64,000 nt of DNA. Origin: an uncultured Clostridia bacterium (GTDB lineage: Bacteria; Bacillota; Clostridia; Christensenellales; CAG-917). The notes beneath the pieces were generated by a model. The model ran no database searches. It saw only the letters and a program-made list of their open reading frames with translations, and was not told where the DNA came from. Location of the stretch: contig CALWAF010000002.1 of assembly GCA_944372795.1 (NCBI GenBank), positions 72,558 to 136,557 on the forward strand, in the 5' to 3' direction. How positions within the stretch are numbered: the stretch's first letter is position 1; each line of letters starts with the position of its first letter. This document shows positions 55,259-64,000 of this stretch, in pieces. Both the position numbers and the translations under genes were made by a program.

Positions 55259-56581
55259 CTAGCGCTTGTGGGTCGCCAGCCCGAACACGTCCTCGCACGC
55301 CTCGGCGACGCTCTCATAAAGCGTCGGATGCGCGTGTATGACGGACGCAACGTCCTCCGCAGTCATGCCGCGGCTGACGGCGAGAGAGAGCTCTCCCGCA
55401 AGCTCCGTGACCCCGTCGCCGAACCCTTCCGCCGCTGTGATCACGCCTTTATCGTCACAATATACCTTGATAAACCCTCTGTTCGAGCCGTTCACCAGAT
55501 TTTTCCCGTTCGCTCCCAGCAGGAATTTCCCCGTGCGCGCACCTTCGTCAGCGTGCCCTACGGTGAAGATTTCCGGCGAAGTGTACACCAGCGACGGCAC
55601 GGTGGCAAGGTCGGTGTCTACGGGCGCACCCGCCATATGTCCCACCGCCTTCAACGCGCACGCCGCGGCATAGTGCGCAAGCTGTATACCCCCCGTCACG
55701 TCGCCCGCCGCATACACGCCCGCCGTGGTCGTCATCATGTTGTCGTCCACTTGCACGGGTGTCTCGGGCAGTCCCGCAAGATGGAGCCCTATGCCCTCCA
55801 CCCGCGCGCGTCTTCCCGTAGCCGCGATGACAGCAACGCCTTCCGCTCTGCCCTCCGCGCCGCCGCGCTCGAAAATGGCGTGACCCTTTCCCACCTCGGT
55901 GACGCGGGCGGAGGTGAAGATGTCCACCCCCTTGCGTTTGAGTGCGGATGAAAGCTGTGTCGAAAGTTCCTTTGAAAAGAACGGGAGCACGCGCTCGGCA
56001 TATTCGAGCACGGTCACCTTCCTTCCGCTGTCCGCAAAATAACACGCGAGCTCGGTGCCGATGACCCCGCCGCCCACTATGACCACGTCCCCTTCGGGAA
56101 GGGGGGAGGCGAGCACCTCGTCGGAGGTCAGCGCGTTTTCCGCCCCCTTCGCGGGCAGCGCCGCGGGAGATGACCCGGTGGCGATGAGCACGAACCTGCC
56201 CTCCAATTTCTCGCCGTCCGCCTCGACGACGTGCGCCGAGAGCAGTCTGCCGCGCGCACGCACGACTTTCACTCCCGCCGCCGCCAGCAGTTTCTCCACG
56301 CCGCCGCGGAGGGAGGATACTATGCCCTCCTTGCGCGCGTACACGGCGCTTTCGTCAAAAGTCACGCTCTCTGCCGACACCCCGCACTCCGCCCACGAAG
56401 CGCGCGAGGCAAAGAGGGATGAGGAATGCAGCAGGCATTTGGTGGGAATGCACCCGCGATTGAGGCAGGTGCCGCCGACGTCGGAGCTCTCCACGAGCGC
56501 AACGCTCATGCCTAGCTTCGCCGCTCTGATGGCTCCCGTATATCCCGCAGGGCCTCCGCCCAGCACGACAAGATCAAACAA
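55259..56581 (-). CDS. lpdA: Dihydrolipoyl dehydrogenase
   Basis: The likely TTG start is 6 nt after AGGAGG. The motifs GGGPAGY and the redox-active GTCLNRGCIPTK are present. Confidence 0.9.
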   Translation of the reverse strand: MFDLVVLGGGPAGYTGAIRAAKLGMSVALVESSDVGGTCLNRGCIPTKCLLHSSSLFASRASWAECGVSAESVTFDESAVYARKEGIVSSLRGGVEKLLAAAGVKVVRARGRLLSAHVVEADGEKLEGRFVLIATGSSPAALPAKGAENALTSDEVLASPLPEGDVVIVGGGVIGTELACYFADSGRKVTVLEYAERVLPFFSKELSTQLSSALKRKGVDIFTSARVTEVGKGHAIFERGGAEGRAEGVAVIAATGRRARVEGIGLHLAGLPETPVQVDDNMMTTTAGVYAAGDVTGGIQLAHYAAACALKAVGHMAGAPVDTDLATVPSLVYTSPEIFTVGHADEGARTGKFLLGANGKNLVNGSNRGFIKVYCDDKGVITAAEGFGDGVTELAGELSLAVSRGMTAEDVASVIHAHPTLYESVAEACEDVFGLATHKR

Positions 56582-57563
56582 TACCTTCCTCCTTGAGACG
56601 CGCGATGAGCCGTGAAGCCTCCCCGCGCACAACATTCATATCCGTGCCCGCACCCGCGAACTCCGCCGTGTCCTCGCCTAGGATGAGCGCGCGTACGGCG
56701 CGCACCCCGTCGGCGTCCAGACTGTCGGACGAGATATCGAGCGCGGCGAGCTTTCCGCCCTCCGCAGCCGCCCGCACCACGGCGCGCTCGCCGAAGAGCT
56801 CCGCCGCGATACGCACGCCCGCTTTATCCTTTTTGCCGTATCTCCACTCATCTGCGGAGAAGAAGCCCGTCCATTTCATTACCGCGCCGGCGCCTAGGCT
56901 CACGGGCGACACCGTGTTGAGCCCGCACGAGGGATATGCCTCCCTCCAAGCCTCTTTCAGCGCCGCTCTCACCCTTTCACACGTGACACCCTCCGCGAAG
57001 TCGGCAAGCGCCGCCACCCGCGAGGACACGCTGCGCACCCCTTTGCCCTCAAATTTCTCCTGCGGAGGGGTGAGGAACCTCGCCACTCTCTCCGCGTCGG
57101 TGGTGACGAGCAAGGTGCCGTGATGAAGCTGTTTCCCGTCGCGCTTGTAGTAGGCATTGCCGCCCACTTTCGCGCCCTCCGCGCAGATGTCGTTCCTGCC
57201 CGAAAGCTCCGCACGCACGCCGAGAGAGGCGAGCGCCCGAAGCACTATATCGAAATTCTTTGCCTTGTCGAACTCCCTCTCCCCCGACACGAAGGTGAAG
57301 TTGAGGTTGCCCCGATCGTGCCACACGGCGCCGCCGCCGGACAGCCTTCTTGCCAGCAGCCCGCCCGCGCTTTCCAGCGCATCGACGCGGCACTCGGCAA
57401 AAGCGTCCTGATTGCGCCCCAACACCACGGCGTCGGCATTGCTCCAAAGATACAGCGCCGACTCCCCCTCCGAGACGCTTTCAAACAGCGCCGCTTCTAG
57501 GGCTTGATTGACAAAAACATTGTCGCCCGCGCTTTCGGAAAAGAGGAGAACGGATGGTGCCAT
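56574..57563 (-). CDS. lplA: Lipoate-protein ligase A
   Basis: The start is taken at MAPSVLLF. The motifs RRLSGGGAVWHDRGNLNF and GNAYYKRDGKQLHHGTLL are present. No SD is visible upstream. Confidence 0.85.
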   Translation of the reverse strand: MAPSVLLFSESAGDNVFVNQALEAALFESVSEGESALYLWSNADAVVLGRNQDAFAECRVDALESAGGLLARRLSGGGAVWHDRGNLNFTFVSGEREFDKAKNFDIVLRALASLGVRAELSGRNDICAEGAKVGGNAYYKRDGKQLHHGTLLVTTDAERVARFLTPPQEKFEGKGVRSVSSRVAALADFAEGVTCERVRAALKEAWREAYPSCGLNTVSPVSLGAGAVMKWTGFFSADEWRYGKKDKAGVRIAAELFGERAVVRAAAEGGKLAALDISSDSLDADGVRAVRALILGEDTAEFAGAGTDMNVVRGEASRLIARLKEEGIV

Positions 57564-57715
57564 GTAAACAGTATATAACTTTTGAGCTATATAATCAAGA
57601 GTGGAAACGACTTTTCTCGCATATATGCGCGCTCTCGCGTGAAAGATGTCGTCCGTAAGACACCGAAGCCCCCTCCGAACACATCCCTTGCGAGGGCATC
57701 CGCACGTCCGAAAAC

Positions 57716-57755
57716 ACAAAAAAACGTCCCGCGCCGAAAGCCTCGGCACGGGACG
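57716..57755 (-). terminator. Rho-independent terminator of the DUF1538/PII operon
   Basis: The minus strand reads CGTCCCG-tGCCGAggcttTCGGCg-CGGGACG followed by T7. Confidence 0.85.
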
Positions 57756-57854
57756 AATGATATCACAACAAGGCATTAAAATGCTAAATCGACTTGTTAA
57801 ACACCGATTTTGGCAATATTCCGCGGCGTAAACTTCGCCATGCGGCGAGCGGGA

Positions 57855-58196
57855 CTAGTCGCTCTCCGCGTCGTCACCGCGCTCTTCGATGCCCATGGTC
57901 ACCCCCAGCACGCTGTCCACGGGCAGGGTGAAAGATATCCCCGCACCCGCGGTGCTGAGCCCCGCCTTTTCCACCACTGCGCGCATGATGTCCGCGCACT
58001 TATCCTCGGGGGACAGGATGAGCACGATCTCCTTTTCGGGCTGCACTTCGATGCCGAACGCCTTTTCCGCCTCGCGCGCGCCCGCTCCCCTCGCGTTGAG
58101 GAAGGTGCCACCGGTGGCGCCCGCGTTCCTTGCCGCGTCCATCGCCGCTGTTTCGAAACCGCGGTTGACGATGCTGACTATCAGTCTGTAACTCAT
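57855..58196 (-). CDS. PII-like (GlnB-fold) signalling protein, copy 2
   Basis: The 113-aa ORF starts at MSYRLIVSIVNRG after a GGAGG SD. It has a beta-alpha-beta pattern with a Gly-rich T-loop-like segment (NARGAGAREAEK). Confidence 0.65.
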   Translation of the reverse strand: MSYRLIVSIVNRGFETAAMDAARNAGATGGTFLNARGAGAREAEKAFGIEVQPEKEIVLILSPEDKCADIMRAVVEKAGLSTAGAGISFTLPVDSVLGVTMGIEERGDDAESD

Positions 58197-58197
58197 A

Positions 58198-58542
58198 TCA
58201 CACCTCCCCGCCCGCGGCGATACTTCCCGCGAGCAATGCAAGCGTGGCAGGTCCTCCCACGCTCTTTACGGGCACGGTGAAAGCGATGCCCGTGTTTTTT
58301 TCCTCAAATGCGAATTTCTCCCGCAGCACGTCGTAGAGCGCGGGGACTACGCTCTCTTCCGCGGTGCCCAGCACCACCACCTTTTCCGTCTCGCCCGTGC
58401 CAAACAGCTCGGAGAGCGCGGAGGGAGCGGTGCCCGTACCGAGCGCCGCCTGCGGATGGTTGAGTCCGCACTTTTGCAAGGCGGCTATGACCTTTTCCGC
58501 TTTGTTTTTGTCCACGATGGCAAAGAAGAGTTTCAGCTTCAT
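58198..58542 (-). CDS. PII-like (GlnB-fold) signalling protein, copy 1
   Basis: 114-aa ORF with MKLKLFFAIVDKNKAEKVIAALQKCG and a loop GTGTAPSALSELFGTGE. A strong AGGAGG SD is present. Confidence 0.65.
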   Translation of the reverse strand: MKLKLFFAIVDKNKAEKVIAALQKCGLNHPQAALGTGTAPSALSELFGTGETEKVVVLGTAEESVVPALYDVLREKFAFEEKNTGIAFTVPVKSVGGPATLALLAGSIAAGGEV

Positions 58543-58551
58543 CTTCCCCTC

Positions 58552-60066
58552 CTAATCGAGCTCTATTATCTCGCCTTCGCGAGCGAGAAGGGCTCTGTAT
58601 TGCTCCGCCGCGGCGCGTGCCGAAACGGTCTTTTTCACTTTGTAGACGAGCCCCATGACCTGCACCGCGACGAGTGGCGTCATGGCGACGAACGCCACAG
58701 TGCCGAATGCGTCGTTGATGATGGAGCCGCCTATCTCCGCCGTGGCGCCCATCGCGAACGGTAGCAGGAAGGTCGCGGTCATGGGCCCCGACGCCACACC
58801 GCCGGAGTCGAACGCTATCGCGGTGAACACCTTGGGCACGAAGAAGGAGAGCGCGAGCGCGATGACATAGACGGGCACGATGATCCACCATATCGAGATG
58901 CCCGTGGCGACGCGCAACATGCTCAACGCCACTGCGACTGTCATGGAGATGACCAGCACCACCAGCATGTTTTTGCGGCTGATCGCTCCGCCAGTGATCT
59001 GTTCCACCTGACGGTTGAGGACGTGCACGGCGGGCTCCGCCAGCACGATGAGAGAGCCTATCACCGCGCCTATCGGGATGACCAGCCATCTGCTCACTCC
59101 CGCCACCGCGCCGCCTATGAACGTGCCCGCCTGCATAAAGCCGACGTTGACGCCGGAGAGGAAGAGAGTGAGCCCGATGTAGGTGTACACCGCGCCGATG
59201 ATCATCCTCAAAAGCGTCTTTGCGGGCAGCCGCAGCATGGTGAATTGGAAAAAGAGGAACACCGCAAAAATGGGTGCGAGCGCTATGCCCACTTCCTCGA
59301 GATATACGGGCAGGGTTTTCAGATAAGTGAGAAGGACGTCGCCGAAGCTGCCGAACGCGGTGAGTGCGCCCACTTCCGCCTGCGCGTCCGACTTGTAGAC
59401 GAGCCCGAGGATGATGACGGCAAGTATGGGTCCCACGGAACAGATGCCCACCATGCCGAAGCTGTCTTCCTGCGAGTGCGAGCCGCCTACCGCGCCCGAA
59501 ATGCCGACGCCGAGCGCGAGGATGAAAGGCACCGTGATGGGCCCCGTCGTCACGCCGCCGGAGTCGAAGGAGAGAGGGACATAGCCCTCCGCCACGAACG
59601 CCGCCATCACGAAGACCACGGCATAGAGGGCGATGAGCAGCGCGTTGAGCCTGACTTTCAGGAGCACGCGCAGCACCGCGATGACCATGAATACGCCCAC
59701 GCCCGCGCCCACGCTTGCGATGAGCACGATGTTGGGGATGCTGCCTATCTGCGTCGCGAGCACGGTAAGGTCGGGCTCCGCGACCGTGACCACCACACCC
59801 ACCACGAAGGCGACGAGAAGGATGAACCACACCTTCCGAGTCGCGGTGACTTTCGCTCCGATGTGCTCGCCCGCGGGCTCCATGAATATGGAGCTGCCCA
59901 GCGTATAGAGCGCCATGCCGACGATGAGCAGCACCGCTCCGACGAGGAAAGACGCCAAATTGAGCGTGGGCATCCCTCCCAACGCGAAGTTGAGGATGAG
60001 CACCAACGCGGTGATCGGGATGACGGCGACCGCCGCCTCCTTGAGTTTCATGGCGAAATTCTTCAT
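58552..60066 (-). CDS. Polytopic membrane protein with two DUF1538-like halves (uncharacterised putative transporter)
   Basis: The start is taken at MKNFAMKLKE and the product is about 504 aa. Two internally similar halves each contain ...FDSGGV(T/A)(T/S)GP(I/M)T.PF..A(L/M)G... The DUF1538 assignment is from memory. Confidence 0.6.
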   Translation of the reverse strand: MKNFAMKLKEAAVAVIPITALVLILNFALGGMPTLNLASFLVGAVLLIVGMALYTLGSSIFMEPAGEHIGAKVTATRKVWFILLVAFVVGVVVTVAEPDLTVLATQIGSIPNIVLIASVGAGVGVFMVIAVLRVLLKVRLNALLIALYAVVFVMAAFVAEGYVPLSFDSGGVTTGPITVPFILALGVGISGAVGGSHSQEDSFGMVGICSVGPILAVIILGLVYKSDAQAEVGALTAFGSFGDVLLTYLKTLPVYLEEVGIALAPIFAVFLFFQFTMLRLPAKTLLRMIIGAVYTYIGLTLFLSGVNVGFMQAGTFIGGAVAGVSRWLVIPIGAVIGSLIVLAEPAVHVLNRQVEQITGGAISRKNMLVVLVISMTVAVALSMLRVATGISIWWIIVPVYVIALALSFFVPKVFTAIAFDSGGVASGPMTATFLLPFAMGATAEIGGSIINDAFGTVAFVAMTPLVAVQVMGLVYKVKKTVSARAAAEQYRALLAREGEIIELD

Positions 60067-60222
60067 CGGACCTCTCGCGGGCAAAAGCCACGCCGCGTCG
60101 GGGGTGTCCGGCGCGCTCCCAGAAGGGAGAGATATTGCTGTTTTTTCGGAAACAAGATCATTGTATGCCGCGAACATTAAAACAATATTAGATTCGCGAC
60201 ATATGTTCGGTTTTCGACACCT

Positions 60223-61182
60223 TTATCGTTTTTCCGTCCCCATGCTTTCGCGGAAGAAGGCGAGGGAAAGATCGTTGACGCGCTTGGACTCCTCCCACTC
60301 GTAGTGCACGATGTTGTAGACGTGACGGAGCTTTCTCGTCTCCTCAGCGGCGGGAACGTAGTCAAAAACGAAACGCGGACATCTCCCCTCCCTGACCATA
60401 TCCTCGAACAGCCGCGAAAGCAGCTGACTGTGACGGACGTAGACGTCGCGTTCGCAGCCTATGAGCAATGTGGGCGGGAGAGTCAGCCCCGCGGAATACT
60501 CCGTGAACGCCGCATGTGCGTAAACTTCGTGCTTTTTCCGCTCTTTGCCGAAGAGGATGCCGTCGAAGATGCGCTGCACCGCCCCGCCAGCGCGAGAGGG
60601 ACGGAGATGCTTGTCCAGCATGACGGAATGCACCTGCCCCACCGGGTGGCTCATGACGAGGCACTTCACAGAGAGAGCGGGGACTTTCACGCCGTACACG
60701 GCGGCAAGCTCGGGCGAACGCATCATACACGCCGCAAGGGACGCGAGGTGCCCTCCCGCACTGTCCCCGGAGAGCATCACGTTTTCCGTGTCCGCGCCCA
60801 GCCTCTCCGCGTTGTCCGCAAGGAAGCACATGGACGCAAAGACGTCCTGCACCTGCTCCTTCAGGGTGACCGCGGTCATCAGGCGGTAGCTCATGCCCAT
60901 CACGAGGAAGCCTTTGGACGCGAGATACATACAATAATATTTGTTCAGATCCTTGTCGCCGTACACCCACGCGCCGCCGTGGATGTTGACGATGACGGGA
61001 AGTTTGCCGCCCACTTCCTTCGGGCGGTAGACGTTGAGCCTGTGCATGGGATCGCCGTCCGAGAGATAGTCATACACCTCGACGGAGACGCCCGCAGGCG
61101 GAGTCTGCCCTGCGATCCTCATGTCGTCATACTTTTTCGTATTGCGGCGGATGATCTCCGCAGTCAGCTTGGAAAGCAACAT
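60223..61182 (-). CDS. Alpha/beta hydrolase (hormone-sensitive-lipase-like esterase)
   Basis: The oxyanion motif NIHGGAWVYGD and the nucleophile elbow GDSAGGHLA are present. Confidence 0.85.
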   Translation of the reverse strand: MLLSKLTAEIIRRNTKKYDDMRIAGQTPPAGVSVEVYDYLSDGDPMHRLNVYRPKEVGGKLPVIVNIHGGAWVYGDKDLNKYYCMYLASKGFLVMGMSYRLMTAVTLKEQVQDVFASMCFLADNAERLGADTENVMLSGDSAGGHLASLAACMMRSPELAAVYGVKVPALSVKCLVMSHPVGQVHSVMLDKHLRPSRAGGAVQRIFDGILFGKERKKHEVYAHAAFTEYSAGLTLPPTLLIGCERDVYVRHSQLLSRLFEDMVREGRCPRFVFDYVPAAEETRKLRHVYNIVHYEWEESKRVNDLSLAFFRESMGTEKR

Positions 61183-61186
61183 ATTT

Positions 61187-61996
61187 TCACCTCACTTGAG
61201 AGGGATACGCCCACACGCGTATCCTGCCGTATCTCTCGCTCTCATATTCATAAAAAGTCACGGGTTCGGGCGTGCCCTTTATCTTGGAAGGACGACCGTT
61301 TTCGGGTTTTATCGTTTCAAAAGCGCGGATAAACTCTCGGATGAAGCCGATGGGCAGCGCTTTCCTGCTGTGGGATATGCGCAGCTCCGAAAAGTCGGAA
61401 AGCTCTTTCTCGAGCCCTCTCCACAGCTCGGCATATGCGCCTGTCGAGGATGCGGGACAGGTGAACATCCACTGCTCGCCGTTGATGGCGTCCCCCGCAA
61501 AAACCGCGCGCGTCTCGGCGTCCGCAAACAGAACGCTGCCCTCGGTGTGCCCGGGGCACGGGATGACCTCCACCCTCCTTCCGCCGAGGTCTATCGCGTC
61601 GGGGATGGGCGCATACTCCGCGGTGCTCGGGTCTATCAGCGCAAGCCTGCGCGCAAACTTCATCAGGGGACGCAATGCTCCCCTGCCGTACGCCGCCGCG
61701 ACCCCCTCGAAGAGTTCGTTGGAAGGCACGCCGTGCGAGGGAAGATCCCTCTCCCCCACATACACTTTGCCGAAAAATTTGTTGCCGTTGCTGTGGTCGG
61801 GATGCAGGTGCGTGTTGACCGTGACGACGGGAAGGGAGGTCAGTTTCGCCACCGCCTTGGGCAGTGACTTCGTGCCGTAGCCCGTGTCGATGAGCAGTGC
61901 ACGCTCCTCTCCCTCAAGCAAAAACTGATTGACCCCCGTCAGGCGGTCGGTGAGCATATAAGTGCGCTCCGCGATGCGCTTTGCCGCCGTTCTCAT
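61187..61996 (-). CDS. MBL-fold metallo-hydrolase
   Basis: The start is taken at MRTAAKR after a GGAGGAG SD. The motif TGYG..NTHLHPDHSNG (HxHxDH) is present. Confidence 0.85.
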   Translation of the reverse strand: MRTAAKRIAERTYMLTDRLTGVNQFLLEGEERALLIDTGYGTKSLPKAVAKLTSLPVVTVNTHLHPDHSNGNKFFGKVYVGERDLPSHGVPSNELFEGVAAAYGRGALRPLMKFARRLALIDPSTAEYAPIPDAIDLGGRRVEVIPCPGHTEGSVLFADAETRAVFAGDAINGEQWMFTCPASSTGAYAELWRGLEKELSDFSELRISHSRKALPIGFIREFIRAFETIKPENGRPSKIKGTPEPVTFYEYESERYGRIRVWAYPSQVR

Positions 61997-62142
61997 TCTC
62001 TCCTCCGGGCAGCGGTGCAAGATCCGCTTTTATGATTCAATTATATCTCTCCCGACGTCGTTGTCAAGACCGCGCGCGGGCTCGCGCTTGACATGGCCGC
62101 GCGCGTAAGTTACAATCTTACCGAAACAGGGAGGAGCTCGCC

Positions 62143-63549
62143 ATGGCAGAAACCGACAACAATTTCGTCCCCGAAGAAACTTCCGTCACCGACGCCGCCG
62201 AGGGACAGCCCGCGTCCGAAAACGGCGGCAAAAAGAGAAAGGACAAGAAGCCGAAAGAGAAGTTCTCCGTGCGGCTGAAACGCAACCGCAAGAAGATCCT
62301 CATTTCGCTTGTCGCGGTGCTCACGCTGGGCGTGGTGCTCGCGGTCATCCTCGTCCCCACTCACTTCGTCACTTTGAACGAACCCGGGGATTTCATCTCC
62401 ATCCCCGTCGTAAGTCTTCCCCTCGACACCTCCGTCACGGTGGAAAAGTCCGGCAGCTACATCGCGCATCCCGACTCCGTCTGGGTGGACGACGGCACCG
62501 ACCAAGGCAAGATCATCGTCATGTACCCCTTGGGACACGGCAAGGGAGAGCTCGCCATGCGAGTGAGTTCCGACATGGGGCTCACGTGGTCGGACAGAGT
62601 GAGCGGACTGCCCGAGAGTTTCAAGGATTCACAGGAGACCCCCACTCTCTACAACCTGCACTTCACCGACGGCAGCGAGAAGCTGGTGATGATCTCGGGC
62701 TGCCCGTATTGGGTGGCGACGAAGTATAAAGCGGACGGCTTCAACTTCTCTTTCTCCGACGACGGCGGCGAAACTTGGAGCGAATTCGAGAAGTTCCACT
62801 CCCCCGCCGACGCCATCGTGGCGATGTCCTCGCTCACACAGCTCAAAGAGAACGGCGAATTCGTCGACAAGTGGATGGGTCTCTTCCACGACCATTCCTT
62901 CGACGTCTACAAGACCGTGCTCTCCTTCGACGAAAACGGCGACGCCGAGTGGTCGGAGCCGGAGCTGCTGATGCCTAGCTACGCCGACATCACCCGCAAA
63001 TACGGCATGTGCGAGGTGGAGATCATCCGCGAGCCCGAGAGCGACACGCTCATCCTGCTCGCCCGCACCGAAAAGCGCATCTCCCGCTCCCTCATCTCCT
63101 TCTCCTACGACGAGGGCGCGACGTGGACGGAACCCAAGGAACTCCCCTACGAGCTCTCCGGCGACCGCCACAAGGCGGAGTTCGACCCCGTGAGCGGCAA
63201 AGTGCTCATCTCGTTTAGACAGATGATCCCCGTCAAGCGCAGCGCGGTCAGCATCTACAACCGCATTAGCGGCGGCTGGTACGCATGGGTGGGCAAGTTT
63301 GACGACCTCATGTCCTACGCCGACGACGACGCCTCCAACGACAAAAAGGGCGAATATCTCATCGAGCTGGGCAGGACGGACTACTTCGCCAAGCCCTACA
63401 ACGCCGTCATCGACAACGGCTACAGCGGCGTGGTGTGCGTGGACGGCACCTTCAACGTGGTCGGCTACGGCTCCTTCGACAAAGTGGGCACGACAAGCTA
63501 CATCATCTCCCGCACCTTCACCCTCGCCGACATCGAGAAACTGCTCTGA
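62143..63549 (+). CDS. Membrane-anchored BNR/Asp-box repeat protein (sialidase superfamily-like)
   Basis: A Lys-rich N-terminus is followed by a single TM helix (ILISLVAVLTLGVVLAVILV). Three Asp-boxes are present: SSDMGLTW, SDDGGETW and SYDEGATW. Confidence 0.75.
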   Translation: MAETDNNFVPEETSVTDAAEGQPASENGGKKRKDKKPKEKFSVRLKRNRKKILISLVAVLTLGVVLAVILVPTHFVTLNEPGDFISIPVVSLPLDTSVTVEKSGSYIAHPDSVWVDDGTDQGKIIVMYPLGHGKGELAMRVSSDMGLTWSDRVSGLPESFKDSQETPTLYNLHFTDGSEKLVMISGCPYWVATKYKADGFNFSFSDDGGETWSEFEKFHSPADAIVAMSSLTQLKENGEFVDKWMGLFHDHSFDVYKTVLSFDENGDAEWSEPELLMPSYADITRKYGMCEVEIIREPESDTLILLARTEKRISRSLISFSYDEGATWTEPKELPYELSGDRHKAEFDPVSGKVLISFRQMIPVKRSAVSIYNRISGGWYAWVGKFDDLMSYADDDASNDKKGEYLIELGRTDYFAKPYNAVIDNGYSGVVCVDGTFNVVGYGSFDKVGTTSYIISRTFTLADIEKLL

Positions 63550-63587
63550 ACGATCCGTACGCATAAAACGGCGCAAACGACAACATA

Positions 63588-63617
63588 AAAAGCCCGCGCT
63601 CTCGCGGGCTTTTTCTT
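63588..63617 (+). terminator. Rho-independent terminator after the BNR gene
   Basis: AAAAAGCCCGCG-CTCT-CGCGGGCTTTTTCTT. Confidence 0.88.
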
Positions 63618-63930
63618 GTTCTTTTTTGTGCCGCCACCCTCCATTCTCCCCCACATCACATAGGCGCGGAGCGCGGGCACGCCGAGCGGCGTCTTTCGCT
63701 ATCAATTTTCATTAAATGCATTTCAATGTGCAAAAAGACGCGTATAAACTGCGCATTTCGTCACTTTCCGTATTTTGCTGCTATGCTTTCGTGGAAGGGA
63801 TAGCGGTCTCTGTCGGCGGGGGTTACCGCTCTCATCACGCGGCAGGGGACGCCGCACGCCACCACCCTAGGCGGGATGTCGCGTGTCACCACGCTCCCCT
63901 CGCCTCCAGCCCGCAGAATTGCAAAAACTC

Positions 63931-63958
63931 TTGCATATCGGCAATAATATGCTATAAT
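63931..63958 (+). promoter_or_regulatory. Candidate promoter reading out of the window
   Basis: TTGCAT, a 16-nt spacer, then TATAAT with a TGc extended -10. The target lies beyond the window end. Confidence 0.4.
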
Positions 63959-64000
63959 CTCTTTGCCCGCGTCCGCATACCCTACGGCGTGGGGGTGTAC

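Noticed and set aside
57564-57715. Glycine riboswitch upstream of the gcv operon
   Set aside because: I read the minus strand and found none of the conserved GGAGAG, ACCGAAGG or CUCAGGCAAAAGGAC elements. A covariance-model scan is still needed for certainty.
58304-60091. 595-aa minus-strand ORF overlapping the DUF1538-like and PII-like genes in another frame
   Set aside because: The translation is R/G/H-rich and low-complexity. The alternative frame gives coherent TM helices and small proteins preceded by SDs.
62629-63705. 358-aa minus-strand ORF opposite the BNR gene
   Set aside because: The antisense frame carries three Asp-boxes and a TM anchor. This ORF has no motifs and a high-GC shadow composition.

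Overview
This is a high-GC Clostridia-like chromosomal window; sampled 60-nt lines in backbone genes run about 60-67% G+C. Most of it is minus-strand housekeeping operons: rho, prs, hemW-lepA, rpsP-KH-rimM-trmD, rbgA-rnhB-yraN-rplS, ylxM-ffh, ftsY, smc, rnc, plsX, rpmF and pta-ackA. It also carries a heterodimeric ABC exporter pair and a complete lplA-lpdA-gcvT-gcvH-gcvPA-gcvPB glycine-cleavage operon. Carbohydrate genes include a LacI regulator, a GPH symporter with a GH2 enzyme, a domain-permuted GH3 and a membrane-anchored BNR/sialidase-like protein. There is one tRNA-Ser(GGA). The clearest accessory region is about 3.1-7.8 kb, immediately 3' of the tRNA. It is an AT-rich island holding an N-terminally truncated large serine recombinase and a self-contained cassette with a consensus promoter and a terminator. 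The cassette encodes an unassignable 290-aa protein plus a DPPY (beta-class, Mod-like) DNA methyltransferase. The island is flanked by GC-rich hairpins, a large imperfect palindrome and about 186-bp tandem repeats. Two other regions deserve a second look. One is a roughly 600-nt ORF-free, hairpin-dense stretch (45.6-46.2 kb) that ends in a 17-bp-stem terminator and could be a large ncRNA. The other is an operon of a fused double-DUF1538-like membrane protein with two PII-like proteins (57.9-60.1 kb). All family calls come from motifs read in the translations and from memory of those families; no database search was possible.
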